Part shown: positions 23,504 to 29,200 of the stretch, piece by piece
Numbering within the stretch: position 1 is the stretch's first letter
Layout of the letters: every line of letters starts with the position of its first letter
Source: Candidatus Iainarchaeum sp.
Lineage (GTDB): Archaea; Iainarchaeota; Iainarchaeia; Iainarchaeales; JACQJH01
NCBI GenBank assembly: GCA_016205145.1
Contig: JACQJH010000001.1
Span: forward strand, 150,001-182,000
Direction of reading: 5' to 3'
Length of the DNA stretch: 32,000 bases
Position numbers and translations under genes: made by a program
Notes under the pieces: model-generated
What the model was told of the DNA's origin: nothing
Seen by the model: only the letters and a program-made list of their open reading frames with translations
The model's database searches: none

Positions 23504-24307
23504 TCACCTTTTGCTTAGGGCGTGGATTGCCTTCTCCGTCCAGATCGTCAACCTGCCGGCCTGGCAGCCCGGCGCAAGCAACACTGCATTCAGGCTGTCC
23601 AAAGCGACTATTTCAACGCCTTCAAGGTTTCTCGCTGCCTTGTAGACTTTCGCCGGCTTTTCCGTCACTATGAGAATGCTTTTCTTTTTCTTGGTCGTCC
23701 TGCCCCTTCTCTTGCCTTTCCCGGCTCTTGCCTTGCGCTTTCCCTTGGCGCTTTCAACGTCCGCGTTCAAGCCGAACTTTTTCAAAACCAAAACCACGTC
23801 TTTTGTCCTCGCGATTTCCGAGAATTTGTCCTCGAACACCACTGGCAGAGAAATTTTTTCATTCAAAACATGCCTTTTCGAGACAAGCTCCCTGTTCGCG
23901 GTTGTCGCAATCGCGGAATCCAATGCAGCCCGCCTCTCCTTCTTGTTGATTTTTTCACCCGTCTTCTTCTCGGCTTTCGGCGGATGCGCCTTCGGTCCGC
24001 CAACGGACTGCGCAACCCTTGCAACCCTGCCCTGCATCAGGTTTCTCCTGTTCTTGAGCCTCGGCAGCCTTGCGTGGCCGACGTTAATGTTCCTTTCGCC
24101 TTGCGGCATATACCTGCTGCCCTGGTATCTCGCAGTATTGTCCCTTCCCGCTGGCCGGTAAGAGCCTTTCGGCTGTTTCGCGTTCGCCTGCGCCGACAAA
24201 ACCGCCCTCTTGATGAGGTCGGGATGGTATGGCGTGGCAAACACCTTCGGCAACGGAATTTCCTTTTCCGTGCCGCCATCCAGTGCCAAAACCCTTGCTG
24301 CCTTCAT
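23504..24307 (-). CDS. rpl4: 50S ribosomal protein uL4
   Basis: MKAARVLALDGGTEKEIPLPKVFATPYHPDLIKRAVLSAQANAKQPKGSY..AG...RGPKAHPPKAEK. ATG 24307 is preceded by GTGAT; the ORF-track start at 24313 is TTG. Confidence 0.95.
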   Translation of the reverse strand: MKAARVLALDGGTEKEIPLPKVFATPYHPDLIKRAVLSAQANAKQPKGSYRPAGRDNTARYQGSRYMPQGERNINVGHARLPRLKNRRNLMQGRVARVAQSVGGPKAHPPKAEKKTGEKINKKERRAALDSAIATTANRELVSKRHVLNEKISLPVVFEDKFSEIARTKDVVLVLKKFGLNADVESAKGKRKARAGKGKRRGRTTKKKKSILIVTEKPAKVYKAARNLEGVEIVALDSLNAVLLAPGCQAGRLTIWTEKAIHALSKR

Positions 24308-24432
24308 AAACAATCACGTTGAAATATCCATTATCACTTTGAAATGTACTCCACGCAGGGGGCTCCGTCCCCTCGCACGCCCCTGAAACGCGGACTGTCC
24401 TCGCACGCCCCTGAACTTGCCTTCATCTAACA
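24308..24432 (-). repeat. Family-1 intergenic insert splitting the L3-stop/L4-start junction
   Basis: Tandem 17-mer cctcgcacgcccctgaa (24371-24387, 24399-24415). Hairpin AGGGGGC-TCC-GTCCCCT (24357-24373). The flanking junction tgccttcat..atcactttgaaatgta is present twice (24299-24348 and 24418-24447). Confidence 0.8.
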
Positions 24433-25488
24433 TCACTTTGAAATGTAATCCACCTGGCTTATGTCCGGCCCTTTCAGGACAACTTTGCGGATGTTCTTGC
24501 GCAGGCCGATGACCCTTTTTGCCGGACCCGGAATGCTGCCCGCCAAAAGCAAAACAGTGTTTTTCGCCAGGCCGTAATTTGAAAAGCCGGCGCCCGGATT
24601 GACTTCTTCCGGCTTTGCAATCTTCAAAATCTTCTTGTTGTATTCCGTGCGCGTGTGATAGCCCATCTGGCCCGCCCTTGCAACAGTCCACATGACTGTC
24701 GAGGGATTCCAAGGCGAAATCGCGCCGACTGTCCTGGTCTTTTTCGCTTTCGGCCTCGCGGTCTTTATGCCGAACCTTTTGACAACGCCCTGAATGCCCT
24801 TTCCCTTGGTGACAGCCTTAACGTCAACGAATTCGGGCGCGGCAAAAACGTCTTCCGCCGAAATTTCCTTTCCAAGCTTTTCCATTGCAAACGCGGTCTG
24901 CTGTCCGACATTGCCTGAAAGCTTGACTTCCGAGACTTCCGGTTTCTTCTTGCCGATGCCCGTCAGATAGGGTTGCGTATGAACGAGCAAACAAACTTCC
25001 AAAATCCTTGCTTTTTCCTTTTCCAAATCGCCGACTGTTTTCGGCTGTTTCACGGTTTCCGCTTTTGCCTTTTTTCCCTCTTTTGCTTCAACGCCTTTTT
25101 TGCCTTCCTTTTTCGCCCCGAAAGAACCGATTTTTCTCGCCAAATGCTTTTCCTGCCTTTCAGCCAAAACGTCAAACAACGCCCTCGAACCATAGCCCTT
25201 GTCGTCTTTCGCGTACGCCCTGATGCCGAAAACCTTCAATGGCGGGGCTTCCAGCACAGTAACAGCTGATGCGACTTCCTGCCCGACGGTCGTGCCCTTA
25301 GGGTGGGTGTCCTTTCCAAGAACGTGCGCCATGCCTGCCTTGTAAGCCAAAAAGTTCAATGGCTTCGAGGCCTCGCCTTCCTTTGCCTGGGGAGCCTTGA
25401 ACGAGGTGAAAGTAGGCGTTTCCTTAAGCGCCCGCTTTCTCGGATAATAAGCCAGGCTTCCGGACCTGGACTTGTGCTTCTTTGTCAT
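24433..25488 (-). CDS. rpl3: 50S ribosomal protein uL3 (first gene of the cluster), with a KE-rich internal insertion
   Basis: MTKKHKSRSGSLAYYPRKRA...FLAYKAGMAHV...VTKGKGIQGVVKRFG...ISPWNPSTVMWTVARAGQMGYHTRTEYNKKIL. Confidence 0.96.
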   Translation of the reverse strand: MTKKHKSRSGSLAYYPRKRALKETPTFTSFKAPQAKEGEASKPLNFLAYKAGMAHVLGKDTHPKGTTVGQEVASAVTVLEAPPLKVFGIRAYAKDDKGYGSRALFDVLAERQEKHLARKIGSFGAKKEGKKGVEAKEGKKAKAETVKQPKTVGDLEKEKARILEVCLLVHTQPYLTGIGKKKPEVSEVKLSGNVGQQTAFAMEKLGKEISAEDVFAAPEFVDVKAVTKGKGIQGVVKRFGIKTARPKAKKTRTVGAISPWNPSTVMWTVARAGQMGYHTRTEYNKKILKIAKPEEVNPGAGFSNYGLAKNTVLLLAGSIPGPAKRVIGLRKNIRKVVLKGPDISQVDYISK

Positions 25489-25585
25489 CGGATTTCAGAC
25501 TCCAAAAACTGCCATGGCGGTGTTTCAGCCACGACAAAAAAAATTTTTGTCCTATGAAAAGCCAAAAACAGGTAATTTTTTGGCA

Positions 25586-25640
25586 TTTATATCGCAGGCG
25601 GTTCGCATTGCGATACAGTGTACGCGATAAATCGCAGACA
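25586..25640 (-). promoter_or_regulatory. Candidate L3-operon promoter (GATATAAAT box) embedded in an ATCGCA/TGCGAT palindrome array
   Basis: Minus-strand GATATAAATG (about 25585-25594) lies about 100 nt upstream of the L3 ATG. Hexamers: atcgca 25591-96, tgcgat 25609-14, gcgat 25624-28, atcgca 25631-36, forming two inverted pairs. Confidence 0.35.
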
Positions 25641-25722
25641 AAATATAGCCCGCGGAAGCTTTAAAAAGCAATCCCTGTTATTGCCGTCTGCTGTGCCCTT
25701 CATTTTTTTTAGGCGGCTTGGC

Positions 25723-25974
25723 CTAATCGTAAACGTTCCGCCTGTGCCCGGCTTTTGTGACCAGAATCTGCTTTTTGCCGAAGTCCAAATCGGCAATAAC
25801 CCGATAGTCTCCGACCCGCAGCTTGTAGTCCTGCCTTCCCTGCAACCGTTCAAAAAACAGTTTTGGCTCTTCTTTGGCTTGCCGGAGTTTTGAAAAAATG
25901 CGCCTTTTTGTTTCCTGCTCAAGCCCGTTCAGTTCCCTGAGGGCTTTTTTGTCAAAAATCAGTTCGAAAGCCAT
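25723..25974 (-). CDS. RelE/ParE-family type II toxin
   Basis: 83 aa: MAFELIFDKKALRELNGLEQETKRRIFSKLRQ...LQGRQDYKLRVGDYRVIADLDFGKKQILVTKAGHRRNVYD, the typical RelE/ParE pattern. Directly abuts the upstream antitoxin (TGAATG). Confidence 0.85.
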   Translation of the reverse strand: MAFELIFDKKALRELNGLEQETKRRIFSKLRQAKEEPKLFFERLQGRQDYKLRVGDYRVIADLDFGKKQILVTKAGHRRNVYD

Positions 25975-26223
25975 TCAGAGTCCCAGAATCTTTCTGGCTT
26001 CCTCTTCTGAATAGTACTGGCCTGCTTTGATTCTTTTTCTCGCTGCCTCGATTTCAAGGGCGGTTTTCCTGCTCAATTTCGGGTTGTTTTTCGCGGTTTT
26101 GCCTATGAAAACAAGCTTTCGGATAATCTCGTCGAAAGTTTCGCTTTCGTATTCGCGGAACGCTTCAAGGTTTGACTTTGTTTCGGTTTTCAGTTTTATG
26201 GTTGTTATAGTGCTCATGCGCAT
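25975..26223 (-). CDS. Type II antitoxin (archaeal DUF217/VapB-like N-terminus plus RelB-like C-terminus)
   Basis: 82 aa: TTIKLKTETKSNLEAFREYESETFDEIIRKLV...EIEAARKRIKAGQYYSEEEARKILGL. Sits immediately 5' of the RelE-like gene. Confidence 0.7.
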   Translation of the reverse strand: MRMSTITTIKLKTETKSNLEAFREYESETFDEIIRKLVFIGKTAKNNPKLSRKTALEIEAARKRIKAGQYYSEEEARKILGL

Positions 26224-26257
26224 CTAGTATACCATAGTATACTAAATTGTTTAAAAG
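26224..26257 (-). promoter_or_regulatory. TA-module promoter/operator: two tagtatac repeats 10 nt apart plus a TTTAAA box
   Basis: tagtatac at 26225-26232 and 26235-26242, each containing the palindrome GTATAC. Minus-strand CTTTTAAACA (26248-26257) lies about 28 nt upstream of ATG 26223, implying a leaderless mRNA. Confidence 0.45.
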
Positions 26258-29200
26258 TTATCCTATGCAGGTTTGCCCCGCCACGAGCGTTGCCTCGAAA
26301 TCGTCCAGGCTTGTTCCGCCCGAGCCCTGCTTGGAATAGACTGTCAGCGGGTTCCAGAAGAAAACGCTTTTGTCGCCGGAATCCGTGAGGCAGACTTGCC
26401 CGTCTTTGACCAATCCGAAAACGTCGTTCAGTTCGCTTACCGTGTCATTGTTCGACTTGCTGTTCTTTTGCATTCTGCCCAATCCGCCCAAATGGACTGA
26501 CGTGCTGTGCTCGCCGTCCATTGTGTTGAATGAAAGCTTTCCTTCCGCCGGCGAAAGCGATTTGAGCACGAAGTTTGACTGTGCCGGCGCGTAAAGGATT
26601 GTTTTCAGGAACACGTCTCCCGTTTTCACTGCATTCAGCCAGTCGATGGCGTAAGCGTTTTGCGCTCCGCTTACAGGGTCTGCGGTCTGTCCGCGCCTGT
26701 CTGGCCTGAGCCTGAAAGCGTTTGTCGAATAATCGCCTGTGAAGTCCCTGCAAGCCGACAATCCCGACCAGTAGCCTAAAACCGAGCCCACGACTTTCGG
26801 AGAATCGTTTTCGAACAGCTGGTAGTATGCCGAGAACCTGTCGTTCTTCTGCCCGGCAACGTTCATTTTCATCACGACTGGGGTTGCGTAATTCGGCGAG
26901 AACGTCAAAAGCTTTTCATTTCCCGTGCCCTGCCTTGCGATTGAAAGCAGTGCTCCCCTTGTGTCTGCCGCGCCGTTGATTTTCGCGGCATCGGTTTCAA
27001 TTTTTGTCGCAAGCGTCTGCAATGCGTTCGAGTTTTCAACGGGCTTTGCCTCGACGATGTTCTGTCCGGCTTCGGTTGAAATTTTGACCGGCGCGCCCTG
27101 GTTCAGGTAATTGAGGCCATAGCCCTGCCTGCCGTTGTCAGTGCCGATTCCTATCTGTCCATCGAAGGGCAGGTAATAGAACATTGACGCGGGGTTCGGG
27201 TAATCGGCATAGCTGAATTTGACTGTTGCCTGCGCTTTAGGCTTTCCATCGGAGCCGAAGAATTTCCAGTCGTTTCCGAAAACAACGCGCAATTCGGCGT
27301 CGTAAACGCCGGCATCAGGCAGGACATCCGAGTCGGGCGTGTACCTGAAGTCAAGCTTTGACGTGTCGTTGAAATAATCCGCAAACCTGCCCGTGGCATC
27401 CGAGTCAAAGTAGCTTGGCGTGTTGTAGAATGTCTTGTTCGAATAAAACTGCGCGAAGTCCTTCTGGAAGTCATCCGAATAACCGTCCCTTATCAAATTG
27501 ACGCGCGGTCTCAGAATCCTGTGCAGTGTTTCCTTGTCTGGCACGTCTTTTGTCCAGTGCGGTTCTCCTTGGTCCTGGCTGACGAGCTGGCCGAAGAAGG
27601 GCAGTTCCCTGTCATAGAATGCTTCAAGGCCAGTAACTCCCGGTGCAATGTCGAAAGTCGTATTGTTCAGCCAGCACTGCGAAGCGTTTTCCCGCGCAAT
27701 GTTCCAGAAAATAACTGAAATTGCCTTTGTTGCATACTTTTGCGCTTCCGTGCCTGAAAGGCCCTGGATGAACGCGGAGTCAAAGCCTGCAACAACCGAG
27801 TACGGGTCAATGTTTTTTGGCAGCTCTCCTGCATCGAAAACAAATTCTTTCGTCGTGCCCCTGGCAATGCTTGATTCCTGGCCAGCAAGGCTTTTCGTGA
27901 AACTGTTCTGGGGCAGGCCGTTCGCCGACAACACAACCTTTGCCGTCCTGTCCGCGTCGGAGAGGTTTTCGACCTGCACCTTGAAAGTGAAATGGTTTTC
28001 ATTCGCCGCGTCCTTTTCCAGCAGGATTTTCTTGAAGTAAACTTTTCCGCTTTGCGATTCGCTTTGGTTTCCGTTGCTGGTGTTCTGCTCCGCATACGCT
28101 TTTTTCAAGGCGTATTCCGGGTCGGTCGGGCAGGCAAACGAGGGGTTTGCGTTCAGGAAATCGCGCAGGAACTGCATTCTTTGCGTCAAGGCAATCGAGA
28201 ACTGCGTTGCGTCGCAGTAAATGCCATCCGGATTGTCTGCATCGCAGCTCCAAGCATTGATGTTGTTTGTTCCATCAGTTGACCATTTCCAGTTCAAATT
28301 GATTTTCGGCAAGGCTTTTTCTCCGGTTACGCCCCTTCCCTCGCATGCCGCGCTTGCAACGTCCGCGCGAATCGGCTCCCATTCCTGCACTTCTTTTGTC
28401 TGAACGCGGATGTGGAATTTTTGCGAGTAATGCCTTTCGCTTGTGCCGGAGCATGCGCCTTCATCCGGGCCATTGCCGATGTTGAACTGGTCGACAGTGC
28501 CGCTTGAACAAATGACATCATAGCTTTGGTCGCCGCTTCCAGTCCTTCCTTTACTGCTGTCATGCAATGCGTCGCCGTTGATGTGCTCGGTTGCCCCGAC
28601 TTCGAGTATGGCGAATTTTGGCGTGTCAGCCTGGTAGCCGTCATTCGAGAAAACGATTTCCTGCATTTCAACGTCTCCTCCGCGGCCTTCCTCAAGGTTC
28701 CATTTCGGCCTGATTTTGCCGTCCAGGCCGCTGACCTTGAGCTGGTCGTCGGTTGAATCCGGCGGAACCATTTTGTTGCCGTCTTTCGTCACAACCGTCA
28801 TGCCGGAAATGTTCAGGACATAATCGTTCATGGGGTTGACAGCCGAAACGTCATGGCAGGAATACATCTGGTCGGCAAGCCAGTTGACAACCATGTTAGT
28901 AATCCAACTCGCAACAAGCGAAATGCCGAAGCTTGCGGCCAGATTGCCTAGCTGTGAAAGCTGGCCTTGGGCGGAATGGAGTTTGGCTTGGGTTTGTTCT
29001 AATTTTCCATATAGGTCTCCCGATGCTTCTTGTCCCGTGCCACCAATGGCATCTATTTCGCCCCTAATGCTTGCCACTTTTGCGCTTAACGTGGCGATTT
29101 TCACAAGCGACCCCAGCATCGGCAGCGCGGCGTTCAGGAACTTGTAGGTCGAGTATGCGACGTACATCAGCGTCGCGGTCTTGATGTATTGTTTCACGTT

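Noticed and set aside
24314-24712. 132-aa minus-strand ORF spanning the L3/L4 insert and the L3 3' end.
   Set aside because: It is an alternative frame of uL3 and runs through the repeat element. There is no independent evidence for it.
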